Positions 25,918 through 34,866 are shown, counted from the first letter of the stretch. The stretch: 38,016 bases of DNA from Myxococcota bacterium (GCA_039187915.1 JBCCZJ010000002.1:1-38016); one strand, 5' to 3'. Notes: generated by a model not told the origin, from the sequence alone. Numbers and translations: made by a program.

Positions 25918-27219
25918 ATGTTTCGTCGTCGCGCCCTCGTCCTCTCTGCCGCCTTTGCGATCGTGTTCGCCAACCCGGTGCCGGCCCAGATGCTCGAACC
26001 GCTCCCCGCCGTACCGACCCCCTCCGAGAATCCCATCACCGAAGCCAAGGCCGTCCTCGGGAAGATCCTCTTCTGGGACCAGCAGCTCTCGACCGACAAC
26101 ACGATCGCCTGCGGAACCTGCCACGCGCCTTCGGCGGGCGGCATGGATCCGACCCTGGCCGTCCATCCCGGTGCGGACGGGGTCTTCGGCAACGCCGACG
26201 ACGTGATCGGATCTTTCGGCGTGGTTCGTCGCGACGCGGAGGGCACGCCCGTCGAGGACGCGGTCTTCGGTTTCGACGTGCAGGTCACGGGGCGCGCGGC
26301 GCCGAATTTCTTCGGTGGGCTCTGGGGGCCGGCGTTCTTCTGGGACGGTCGCGCCGGTGACGCGTTCTTCGACCCCGTCACCGGAGAAGAGGTCATTTCC
26401 GGCGGCGGCGGCCTCGAGTCCCAGGCCCTGGGCCCGATCCTCTCCGACGTGGAGATGGCGAAAGAAGGCCGGACCTGGGCCGAGGTCGTCACGCGCCTCG
26501 AGTTCGCGCCGCCCCTCGCGCTCGCCTCCGACTGGCCCGCCGACGTGACCGACGCGATCGCGGCGGATCCGACCTACCCGGACCTCTTCGACGCCGCCTT
26601 CGGCGACCCGGAGATCACGCCCGTGCGGATCGCCTTCGCGATCGCGACCTACGAGCGCGTGCTCGTGGCGGACGAGACGCCCTTCGACGCGTTCGTGGCC
26701 GGAGACGCGTCGGCGCTCTCCGCGACGGAGCAGGCGGGCCTGCAGTTCTTCGTGGGATCACCCTGCGCCGTGTGCCACGCGCCGCCGACCTTCACGGACG
26801 ATTCGTTCCGCACGCTCGGGGTCCGCGAGCCGGCGCAGGACACCGGGCGGGCGGCCGTGACGGGGGTCGCGGCGGATCGCGGTGCCTTCAAGGTGCCGAC
26901 GCTGCGCAACGTCGGCCTCAAGCCGTCGTTCATGCACACCGGCGAGTTCACGACCCTCGACGACGTCGTCACGTTCTATCAGCCGGGCAACCAGGACCAG
27001 GAGAACCTGGATCCGCTGATGCCGGTCGCCGTCCCCCCGAACGCGCGGGCGGCGCTGCTCGCCTTCCTCGACGGCGCGCTCACGGATCCGCGGGTCGCGA
27101 ACGAGACCGACGTCTTCTCGCGGCCGATCCCGGCGCCGGAGCCCGGGGTCGCTCCCGGGCTCGTCGCGGGTCTGCTCGGCGCCGCGGCGCTCGCGCGCCG
27201 GCGCAGGGACGCGAGCTAG
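25918..27219 (+). CDS. Di-haem cytochrome c peroxidase (CCP/MauG family) with a C-terminal PEP-CTERM-type sorting tail
   Basis: Signal peptide MFRRRALVLSAAFAIVFANPVPAQ. Two CxxCH motifs (CGTCHAP, CAVCHAP). LGKILFWDQQLSTDNTIACGTCH is typical of the family. The C-terminus PAPEPGVAPGLVAGLLGAAALARRRRDAS has PEP, a hydrophobic helix and a basic cluster. Confidence 0.85.
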   Translation: MFRRRALVLSAAFAIVFANPVPAQMLEPLPAVPTPSENPITEAKAVLGKILFWDQQLSTDNTIACGTCHAPSAGGMDPTLAVHPGADGVFGNADDVIGSFGVVRRDAEGTPVEDAVFGFDVQVTGRAAPNFFGGLWGPAFFWDGRAGDAFFDPVTGEEVISGGGGLESQALGPILSDVEMAKEGRTWAEVVTRLEFAPPLALASDWPADVTDAIAADPTYPDLFDAAFGDPEITPVRIAFAIATYERVLVADETPFDAFVAGDASALSATEQAGLQFFVGSPCAVCHAPPTFTDDSFRTLGVREPAQDTGRAAVTGVAADRGAFKVPTLRNVGLKPSFMHTGEFTTLDDVVTFYQPGNQDQENLDPLMPVAVPPNARAALLAFLDGALTDPRVANETDVFSRPIPAPEPGVAPGLVAGLLGAAALARRRRDAS

Positions 27220-27632
27220 TTCGGGAGCGCGACGAGCACCGTCCCCGTCACGTGGTCCCCGAGCTGGTTCGCGCCGCGGACCGAGACCTCGATCGTGCCC
27301 GCGTCGTCGTCCTTCGCGGTGACCGCGCCCTCGACCGTCATCTTGTCGCCCGGGTAGTTCGGCGCACCCAGGCGGATGTCGATCTTCTTGAGCGTCGCCC
27401 CGGGGCCGGTCCAGTCCGTCACGAAACGCCCGACGAATCCGTTGGTCGTCAGGATGTTCATGAAGATGTCCGGCGAGCCGCGTTCCTTCGCGAGCTCCGG
27501 GTCGTGATGCACGTCCTGATAGTCGCGACTCGCGATCGCCGTCGCGACGATCAGCGTGCGCGACAGCGGGATCTCGAGCGGCGGCAGCGTGTCGCCGACC
27601 GAGACGGACGAGAGGGACCGGGTCTCGCTCAC
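27216..27632 (-). CDS. MaoC-like hotdog (R)-hydratase subunit, catalytic type
   Basis: GTG at 27632 makes a GTGA overlap with the upstream ACAD stop. ASRDYQDVHHDPELA resembles the hydratase-2 motif, with Asp and His retained. Confidence 0.75.
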   Translation of the reverse strand: MSETRSLSSVSVGDTLPPLEIPLSRTLIVATAIASRDYQDVHHDPELAKERGSPDIFMNILTTNGFVGRFVTDWTGPGATLKKIDIRLGAPNYPGDKMTVEGAVTAKDDDAGTIEVSVRGANQLGDHVTGTVLVALPN

Positions 27633-28789
27633 TGCAGGATCTCGCCGACCGCGACGCCGCTCTTCGCCTCCGCCGCCATGCGCGCGCCGAGCGAAGCGAG
27701 CTGTTCGCTCGAGCCGCCGAGCGTCATCGCGATGTGCTTGAGGCGCAGGAAGTGGCGATGGATCGGGTAGTCGACGTCGGCGCCGATGCCGCCGTGGAGG
27801 TGCTGGCAGGTGTGCGAGACGCGGTGGCCGCCCATGCAGGCCCACCACTTCGCGATCGATGCCTGCTTCTCGGCGGAGTCTCCGTGGTCGATCCGCCAGG
27901 CGGCCTGCCACATCGTGGAGCGCATGGCCTCGACGTCGATGTACGCGTCCGCCGCGCGGAGCGAGACGCCCTGGAACGAGCCGATCGGCTTGTCGAACTG
28001 CTTGCGCTCGCTCGTGTAGGTGGCCGTCTGCTTGAGGCCTTCGCCGGCGACGCCGACCGCGAGCGCGGAGAGCGCCGTCGCCGCGCGGGGCTCCAGCCAG
28101 TCGATGATCGCCTCGCCGGCGCCGGGGGCGGCGAGCACGTCGCTCGCGCCGACGGAGACGCCGTCGAGGGTCAGCACGTACTGTCGCTCGTGCGCCGTCG
28201 TCTTCTGCTGCTCGAGCGTCACGCCTTCGTCGCCCGGCGCGACGAGGAAGAGTCCGAGGCCGGACTCGCCCTGTGCCGTCACGAGGATCTTGTCCGCGGC
28301 CGCCGCGAAGGGCACGCAGACCTTCTGGCCCGAAAGGGTGAAGCCGTCGCTCGAGGCTTCGGCCTTGACGCGCGCGGTGCGCGAGAGGGCTGGGTCGCCG
28401 ACCTCGAAGAGCGCGGCGGTCAGCAGCGTGTCGCCGCTGATCACGCCCGGCAGCAGGTCCTTCTTGAGGGCGTCGCTGCCGAACTGCTGGATCGGGAGCG
28501 CGGTGTAGACGATCGACTCGAGCAGCGGGATCGGCGCGAGGTTGCGGCCGGCCTGCTCGAGGAGAAGGCAGAGCGCGAGGAAGCTCCAGTCCTGACCACC
28601 GTGGTCCTCCGAGAGAGCGAGGCCGATCAGGTTCGCCTCGGCGAGCGATGCCCAGAGTTCCCGGTCGAAGCCGGGGCCGTCCGCGTCGGCTTCCACTTCG
28701 CGCAGGCGATCGAAGCTCGTCGCATCGTCGAGGATCTGTCCGGCCAGCTCCTGGACCGCTTCTTCTTCTTCACTGAATTCGAAATTCAT
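27629..28789 (-). CDS. Acyl-CoA dehydrogenase family protein
   Basis: 386 aa. MNFEFSEEEEAVQELAGQIL... is an ACAD N-terminal helical domain, followed by middle beta and C-terminal helical domains (...HGGIGADVDYPIHRHF). Confidence 0.8.
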   Translation of the reverse strand: MNFEFSEEEEAVQELAGQILDDATSFDRLREVEADADGPGFDRELWASLAEANLIGLALSEDHGGQDWSFLALCLLLEQAGRNLAPIPLLESIVYTALPIQQFGSDALKKDLLPGVISGDTLLTAALFEVGDPALSRTARVKAEASSDGFTLSGQKVCVPFAAAADKILVTAQGESGLGLFLVAPGDEGVTLEQQKTTAHERQYVLTLDGVSVGASDVLAAPGAGEAIIDWLEPRAATALSALAVGVAGEGLKQTATYTSERKQFDKPIGSFQGVSLRAADAYIDVEAMRSTMWQAAWRIDHGDSAEKQASIAKWWACMGGHRVSHTCQHLHGGIGADVDYPIHRHFLRLKHIAMTLGGSSEQLASLGARMAAEAKSGVAVGEILQ

Positions 28790-28848
28790 CGGGGAACTCC
28801 GTTTCGTTGCGTTGGATCCGGCGCCTTGGGGCCGGACGCGTGGGGGGC

Positions 28849-29388
28849 CTAACCCTTCTCGGGCGGCCGGAACTTGAGGATACGGAATCGCATGGTCGCG
28901 ACGACCTCTCCGGCCGCATCCTTGTACGTGTAGAGCTGCGTCACGAAATGACCGACGCCGAGCCCCGTCTTCTTCTCAGGCGAGATCGACTCGGTCGTGA
29001 CCTCGTGGCAGATCTCGTCCCCGGGGACGAGATCGCGGAAGTACTCCTGCTCGCAGTTGGTCGCGACGACCGAGGTGAAGCCGGCCTCGTCGAGAACGTC
29101 GAGCGGCTGCTTCTGCTCACCGAGGGACTCGGCGTAGGCCTCCTCCTCGGCGGTCGCCGGTCGCAGCCCGCGCATCGTCCACGCCTGCAGCATCGCGGGC
29201 GGGGCGATCACGCCGTCCCGCCCCGAAGCCTGGGCCTCCGCCGGATCCAGATAGGCGGGATTGCGATCGCCGATCGCATCGCACCAGTGGTGGATCATCG
29301 GCTCGTTGACCGGATACGGGCAGGTGCCCGTCGGGCCGGCCGGCGTGCCCGCGTAGGCGTCGAGGGTCTTCTGGAGATCGTCGCTCAT
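28849..29388 (-). CDS. MaoC N-terminal-like hotdog subunit, probably non-catalytic
   Basis: ATG at 29388 (MSDDLQKTLDAY...). The motif region AIGDRNPAYLDP keeps GDxNP but has Tyr where the catalytic His is expected. Confidence 0.7.
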   Translation of the reverse strand: MSDDLQKTLDAYAGTPAGPTGTCPYPVNEPMIHHWCDAIGDRNPAYLDPAEAQASGRDGVIAPPAMLQAWTMRGLRPATAEEEAYAESLGEQKQPLDVLDEAGFTSVVATNCEQEYFRDLVPGDEICHEVTTESISPEKKTGLGVGHFVTQLYTYKDAAGEVVATMRFRILKFRPPEKG

Positions 29389-29404
29389 TCGACCTCGTCT
29401 CCGG

Positions 29405-30580
29405 CTAGCGCGGCACGCGCGGCATGCGCAGGCCGGCCATCGAGACGATCTCGCGCTGGATCTCGTTGACGCCGCCACCGAAGGTGTTGATCGTCGCCTG
29501 CCGGGCTTCGTGCTCGATCTCGCCGTCGATCTGCGCGGCGGGCGAGCCGCCGTAGACGAGGGCGCTGGGGCCGACGATCTCCTGGAGCAGGCGGTAGACC
29601 TCGAGCACCACCTCGGTTCCGTAGACCTTGACCGCGGACGCGTCCGCCGGGTTCACGAAGCCCGTCTCGAGCTGCGACGTCATGCGCCAATTGAGGAGCT
29701 TCATCGCCTCGATCCGCGAGTACACCTCCGCGAGGTTCGACTGGACCCAGGGCAGATCGATCATCTTCTGGCCTTCGGGGGTCTCGGTGTCCCGGGCCCA
29801 CGCGATCACCTTCTCGGCGCGCGCGTAGGCGGCGGATCCGAAGGCCGCGAGGCCGACGCGCTCGTGGTTCAGCTGCGACGTGATCAGCTTCCAGCCGCCG
29901 TGCAGGCCGCCGACGATGTTCTCCTTGGGAACGCGCACGTTCTCGTAGTACGACATGGCCGTCGCAGAGCCCGAGAGCGTGTGGATCGGCGCCGCGCTGA
30001 AGCCTTCCGATTGGGCGTCGACGATGAACATCGTGATGCCCTTGTGCTTCGGCGCGTCCGGGTCGGTCCGCGCGGCGAGCCAGATGTAGTCCGTGTCGGT
30101 CGCGCCGGACGTGAACATCTTGGTGCCGTTGACGACGTAGTCGTCGCCGTCCGCGATCGCGACGGTGCTCAGGCTCGCGAGGTCCGTGCCCGCGTTCGGC
30201 TCGGAGTAGCCGATCGAGAAGTGGCACTCGCCCTGGAGGATCTTCGGCAGGAACTCGGCCTTCTGCTCGTCGCTGCCGTACTCCATCAGCGCGGGGCCGA
30301 CCGTCGAGACCGTCACGAAGGGAAAGGGCGCCCCCGAGCGTCGCTGCTCTTCGAGGAAGATCATCTGCTCGACCATGGTCATGCCGCCGCCGCCGAACTC
30401 CTTCGGCCATCCGACGCCGAGCCAGCCGTCCTTGCCGATCTGGCGGACGAGCTCGCGGTACTTCTGTCCGCCTTCCATGCCCTTGACCTGCTCCCTGACC
30501 TCGGGGCTCATCAGGTCGTCGAAGTACGTGCGCAGCTGTTCGCGCAGGGCCTTCTGTTCGTCGGTCAGGTCGATGTACAT
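29405..30580 (-). CDS. Acyl-CoA dehydrogenase family protein
   Basis: 391 aa. MYIDLTDEQKALREQLRTYF..., GWLGVGWPKEFGG, SIGYSEPNAGTDLASL and FGGGVNEIQREI are ACAD patterns. Confidence 0.85.
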   Translation of the reverse strand: MYIDLTDEQKALREQLRTYFDDLMSPEVREQVKGMEGGQKYRELVRQIGKDGWLGVGWPKEFGGGGMTMVEQMIFLEEQRRSGAPFPFVTVSTVGPALMEYGSDEQKAEFLPKILQGECHFSIGYSEPNAGTDLASLSTVAIADGDDYVVNGTKMFTSGATDTDYIWLAARTDPDAPKHKGITMFIVDAQSEGFSAAPIHTLSGSATAMSYYENVRVPKENIVGGLHGGWKLITSQLNHERVGLAAFGSAAYARAEKVIAWARDTETPEGQKMIDLPWVQSNLAEVYSRIEAMKLLNWRMTSQLETGFVNPADASAVKVYGTEVVLEVYRLLQEIVGPSALVYGGSPAAQIDGEIEHEARQATINTFGGGVNEIQREIVSMAGLRMPRVPR

Positions 30581-31343
30581 CTACGGGTCTCCTCGAAGCT
30601 CCGCGCAGATCGTCCCGACGACTGAGTCGGGGCGCACGATCGCGGTGGGGATCAGGGGCGGCACGAAGGGGGTCCCGCCCGGTGACCGCCGAAACATAGC
30701 CGGAGGATCGGAGGAGTGAAACATGTTCTACTCGCCGCCCAGAGGGCCGGATTTCGGGGCTCTCGTACCCCTCTCGCGCGTTTCCGCCCAGCCGACGGCC
30801 GGGTCCGGGGACCGGAGCGGCGGGGGGGCGGGCGCGGCGGGCGCGCCGCCCGGTCGTGCCCGGGCGAGCGGACCCGCCCACTCGAATTCGAGTGACACGG
30901 CCTGATTCGAAATCGCGAGGCGCCCGAGCGGAACGGGGAGGCCGTCTTGTTTATTGGCCGGCCCTGCACGGCGGTCCGCGGCGTGGAATTCCCGGTCGAC
31001 GATTGCCTGAGCGCGAACGTGCTTTTCGTGCACGCAACGCGTGTGCAGCTTCGCCGGCAACCCGCCGATTCCGAATCCCCGCGGTGGACGGTGAGCTTCG
31101 TCACCGAAGGGCAGGGCGCGGCGCGGAAACGCTGCGCTCGCGCGGCTCTCGCGTCCGACGAGGGCGTTTCGCGCCTTGCCGCCCAGCCGAGTACGGGTAC
31201 GATCCGGGCGTCCTTATGCCGATAAATCTCTCGGGGGCGAGCCGAGAGATGTTCCGAATGGCAGACCCCCTGAATTACCCGATGTGAGAACCAGATCGTT
31301 CCCTTCGACGTGCAATCGGGCACGCGAAGGGGCGATCTCCCGA

Positions 31344-32033
31344 ATGGGACACATCGGCGTGCGTCTGTCATCTGGGCTCGAGGAATCCATCGTGGATGAA
31401 GACCTGAAGCGGATCGCCGCTCGGATCCGCAGCTGGCGCGACGAAGCCGGGCTGACCCTGCAGCAACTGGGAGACCGCTCGGGCGTCTCGGCGAGCACGA
31501 TCCACAAGATCGAGAACCTCCAGACGGTTCCGACGATCGCCGTGCTGCTGAAGGTCGCGCACGGCCTGAACCGGCGGCCGAGCGAGCTGCTCGCCGAAGT
31601 CGACGTCGGGCGTCAGGTCGCCGTCATGCGGCGGGACGACCGGCAGACGCTGTCCATCGATACGCGCGGCGCGATCGAGCACCTCGTCGGGACCATCCCG
31701 CGCAACAAGGTCGACGTGTGGCGCGTGCGCATCGAACCCGGCATGGGCGCCGGTATGGAAGGCTTCGAGCCCTGGCAATTCCACGGCGAGATGGTGCTGC
31801 TCGTGGAGGAAGGGTTGATTCGCGCGGACGTCGGGGGCGAGATCTTCGAGGTCGGCCCCGGGGATTCGATCCACTTCGACCCGAGCATTCCCCACCGCTG
31901 GATCGCCGCGGGCGAGAAGCCGGCTCAGGCCGTCGTCGTCGCGATCATTCCCGAGCGGCTCCAGGGCGACCTGATCGAGCGCATCACCCGCTCGGCCGGA
32001 CTCCAGGAGGCCGACGCGTCGGGCGCGGCCTAG
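31344..32033 (+). CDS. XRE-family HTH plus cupin-domain transcriptional regulator
   Basis: HTH segment LTLQQLGDRSGVSASTIHKIENLQTVPTIAVLLKVAHGL and C-terminal cupin (GEMVLLVEEG...GDSIHFDPSIPHRW). Start is ambiguous between ATG 31344 and in-frame GTG 31392. The GTG has the better RBS, with GAGGAA 6 nt upstream. Confidence 0.8.
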   Translation: MGHIGVRLSSGLEESIVDEDLKRIAARIRSWRDEAGLTLQQLGDRSGVSASTIHKIENLQTVPTIAVLLKVAHGLNRRPSELLAEVDVGRQVAVMRRDDRQTLSIDTRGAIEHLVGTIPRNKVDVWRVRIEPGMGAGMEGFEPWQFHGEMVLLVEEGLIRADVGGEIFEVGPGDSIHFDPSIPHRWIAAGEKPAQAVVVAIIPERLQGDLIERITRSAGLQEADASGAA

Positions 32034-32148
32034 CCTCTCCTCGCTCCGCCGCTCGCTCGCGCGCCGCGGTCCGGCGCCTCGGCCCGGAGAGGGAGCGCGA
32101 ACGGGACGCGCCCTGCAGCGATCCGTTTCGGACGGCGCCGCGCCCCGC

Positions 32149-34296
32149 TCAGTGCGCCTCGTCGTCGGGCTCTGCGGCCTGCTCCTCGGCAAGCGCGCGT
32201 TCCGCTGGGGCGGCGCGTTCCCGGGCAACGGCGCCGAGCACGCCGAGGATGCCCTCGCCGTAGCGCTGCGCCTTCGTATCGCCGATCCCGTGCACGAGCG
32301 TCAGGTCCTCGACCCGCGTCGGCGGTTCGGCGAAGTGCTGGGCGAGCTCCCGAAGCGACCGGTCGCTCGCGATCACGTAGGGCGGCACGCCCTCGACCTG
32401 CGCGACGGTCAGCCGGTGGGCGCGGAGCGCTTCGAAGCGGGCCTGCGCCGCCGCGTCGAGCGGCGCATCGTCCGCCGGAGCTCCGCCGGCGCCCTTCCTG
32501 CGGCTCCGGGAGCCTGCGCTCGCAGTACCCGGGGCAGTACCCGGGGCGCGCGGGATCGCGCCCTTCTCGGGCGGAAGGAGCAGACGCACCGGTCGTTCGC
32601 CCCGCATGACCGCGACGCCAGGATCGGTCAGGACGGCGACCGGACGATCGCCGCCGTCGAAGTCGACCCAGCCCGCGGTCACGCAGCGTCGCAACAGTCG
32701 CGTCAGCCAGACTTCGCTGCGCTCCGACAGGATCCCGAAGGTCTTCGTCGTATCGAGGCCCGCGCTCCGCAGGCGCGCGTCGTCGACGCCCCGGAGCAGG
32801 GCGACCGCCGCCGAGAGGCCGTACCGGCCGTGGATCCGCGCGACCGCGGAGAGGCTCTTTCGCACGAGCAGCGCGACCTCCTCCTCGGATTCGGCGTTCG
32901 CGTGCTCGCCGCCGGGGCCGAGCTGCGCGCACACGTCACAGCGACCGCAGCCCGACAGGGTTTCCTCTTCGTCGCCGAAGTAGCGCAACACTGCATCGTG
33001 TCGGCAGGTCCCGCCCTCGGCGAAGCGCATCAGCTCGAGGAAGAGGCTCCAGCGGTGGCGAGCGCTCTCGATCGCATCCGTGCCGCCGCCGTCTCCGCCG
33101 ATCGCATCGTTCTCGATCAGCGCGCGCCGGCGCGCGAGATCGCCCGGTCCGACCAGCATCTGCCCGACCGCCGGCGCGCCGTCGCGTCCCGCGCGGCCGA
33201 CCTCCTGATAGTAGGCCTCGATCGATCCCGGCGGCGCGAGGTGGAGCACGGCGCGCACGTCGGCGCGATCGATCCCCATGCCGAACGCGTTGGTCGCGAC
33301 GACGATCTCGGCCTCGCCGTCCGCGAAGGCGGCATGGACCCGGTCGCGCTCTTCTGGCGACAGCCCGGCGTGGTACGACTCGGCGCGCCAGCCGCGGTCG
33401 CGGAGCCGGTCCCGCTCGCTCTCGGTCGACTTGCGCGTCGGGCCGTAGAGGATCGCGCAGCCGCGCCCTTCGCCCGGCGCGCCGAGGGTCTCGTGCAGCA
33501 CGCCGTCGACCGTTCGTCTTCGCTCGGCGGTGCGTTCGACCTCGAGGACGCGCAGCGCCAGGTTGGGGCGCGCGAAACCGCGAACCAGCTGGGGCGTCTC
33601 CGCCGGCAGGCCGAGTCGCACGAGGATCTCGTCACGCACGAAGGGCGTCGCCGTCGCCGTGCAGGCGAGGACCCGGGCGTCGGGGTGTTCCTTCAGGACG
33701 TGACCGATCTCGAGGTATTCCCGGCGGAAGTCATGCCCCCACTCCGAGATGCAGTGGGCCTCGTCGATCGCGAAGAGCGGGACCCGGATCCCGCGCAGGA
33801 TCTCGCGGAAGCGTGGGAAGACGAGCCGTTCCGGGGCGACGTAGATCAGCCGGACGCGACCGGCTTCGAGGTCGTCGAGCCGACGGGCCATCTCGTGCGG
33901 CTCGAGCGTCGAGGCGAGATAGGTCGCTTCGATCCCGAGCTTCTCGAGCGCGTCCACCTGGTCGCGCATCAGCGCGATCAAGGGCGAGACGACGACGGTC
34001 GTGCCCTCCAGCAGCAGCGCCGGGAGCTGGTAGCAGAGACTCTTGCCGCCACCGGTCGGGGCGACGAGCAGCATCCGATCGTCGTCGAGCAGGCCCTCGA
34101 TCGCCTCGCGCTGTCCCGGACGGAACTCGGCGTGACCGAGTCGCCCGAGGGCCTCGCGCAGAGCGGCCTCTCGTTCGGCCCCCGGCTCGCTCGAGCCCGC
34201 CGTCGGATCCCCGGCGCGTCGACCTTCGCCGACGGCGTCTCCCGCTTCGTCCGGTTCCTCCGGGCGCCGGCCGCCCGGATCCGATTCGTCTGTCAT
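32149..34296 (-). CDS. recQ: ATP-dependent DNA helicase RecQ
   Basis: FRPGQREAIEGLL, APTGGGKSLCYQLPAL, DEAHCISEWGHDFR, Zn-binding CRH...CGRCDVC, RQC/winged helix and C-terminal HRDC (VPPYVIASDRSLRELA). The ~50-aa acidic N-terminal extension makes the exact start uncertain. Confidence 0.9.
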   Translation of the reverse strand: MTDESDPGGRRPEEPDEAGDAVGEGRRAGDPTAGSSEPGAEREAALREALGRLGHAEFRPGQREAIEGLLDDDRMLLVAPTGGGKSLCYQLPALLLEGTTVVVSPLIALMRDQVDALEKLGIEATYLASTLEPHEMARRLDDLEAGRVRLIYVAPERLVFPRFREILRGIRVPLFAIDEAHCISEWGHDFRREYLEIGHVLKEHPDARVLACTATATPFVRDEILVRLGLPAETPQLVRGFARPNLALRVLEVERTAERRRTVDGVLHETLGAPGEGRGCAILYGPTRKSTESERDRLRDRGWRAESYHAGLSPEERDRVHAAFADGEAEIVVATNAFGMGIDRADVRAVLHLAPPGSIEAYYQEVGRAGRDGAPAVGQMLVGPGDLARRRALIENDAIGGDGGGTDAIESARHRWSLFLELMRFAEGGTCRHDAVLRYFGDEEETLSGCGRCDVCAQLGPGGEHANAESEEEVALLVRKSLSAVARIHGRYGLSAAVALLRGVDDARLRSAGLDTTKTFGILSERSEVWLTRLLRRCVTAGWVDFDGGDRPVAVLTDPGVAVMRGERPVRLLLPPEKGAIPRAPGTAPGTASAGSRSRRKGAGGAPADDAPLDAAAQARFEALRAHRLTVAQVEGVPPYVIASDRSLRELAQHFAEPPTRVEDLTLVHGIGDTKAQRYGEGILGVLGAVARERAAPAERALAEEQAAEPDDEAH

Positions 34297-34445
34297 TCCG
34301 GGGAGATCTTTCTCTTTCTGCGCGCGAAGGGCGGCGGGGCGGGACGGCCGGGGTGCAGGCTAGCGCAGGCGTGCGCGGCGGGACGGCAGCGTGAACCGGT
34401 CGCTTCAGGCACTCTCTCCAGCGTCACGTCTCCGGGAGTGCACAC

Positions 34446-34853
34446 ATGGTCGAGATGGAGCTGATCTACGAAGGCGGTCTGCACGCGACCGCGACCCATG
34501 GCCCTTCGGGCGCCCGGGTCGCGACGGACGCGCCGGTCGACAACCAGGGCAAAGGCGAATCGTTCTCGCCGACCGATCTGCTCGGCAGCGCGCTCGCGAG
34601 CTGCATGCTGACGACGATGGCGATCGTCGGGGAGCGAGAGGGCTGGAAGATCGACGGCGCGCGCGCGCGCGTCGAGAAGCACATGCAGCTCGAGCCGCGG
34701 CGTCGGGTCGGGCGCCTCGTGGTCGCGCTCGCGATGCCGCCGGGCCTGCCGGAGGCGGCGCGCTCGAAGCTCGACGAGACCGCACGCGGCTGTCCCGTCG
34801 CGCTCTCGATCCACCCCGACCTCGTCGTCGATCTCTCCATCGACTGGGGCTGA
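34446..34853 (+). CDS. OsmC/Ohr-family peroxiredoxin-like protein
   Basis: 135 aa. SPTDLLGSALASCMLTT and ARGCPVALS provide the two conserved Cys in the OsmC-family arrangement. Confidence 0.8.
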   Translation: MVEMELIYEGGLHATATHGPSGARVATDAPVDNQGKGESFSPTDLLGSALASCMLTTMAIVGEREGWKIDGARARVEKHMQLEPRRRVGRLVVALAMPPGLPEAARSKLDETARGCPVALSIHPDLVVDLSIDWG

Positions 34854-34866
34854 GCCGGTCGCGCGC

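Noticed and set aside
25836-30992. Apparent enrichment of GAATTC-centred palindromes (25836, 30883, 30987)
   Set aside because: There are only about five GAATTC sites in the window (others near 14701 and 28775). That is not clearly above expectation, and the flanking arms differ. I treat them as independent sites.
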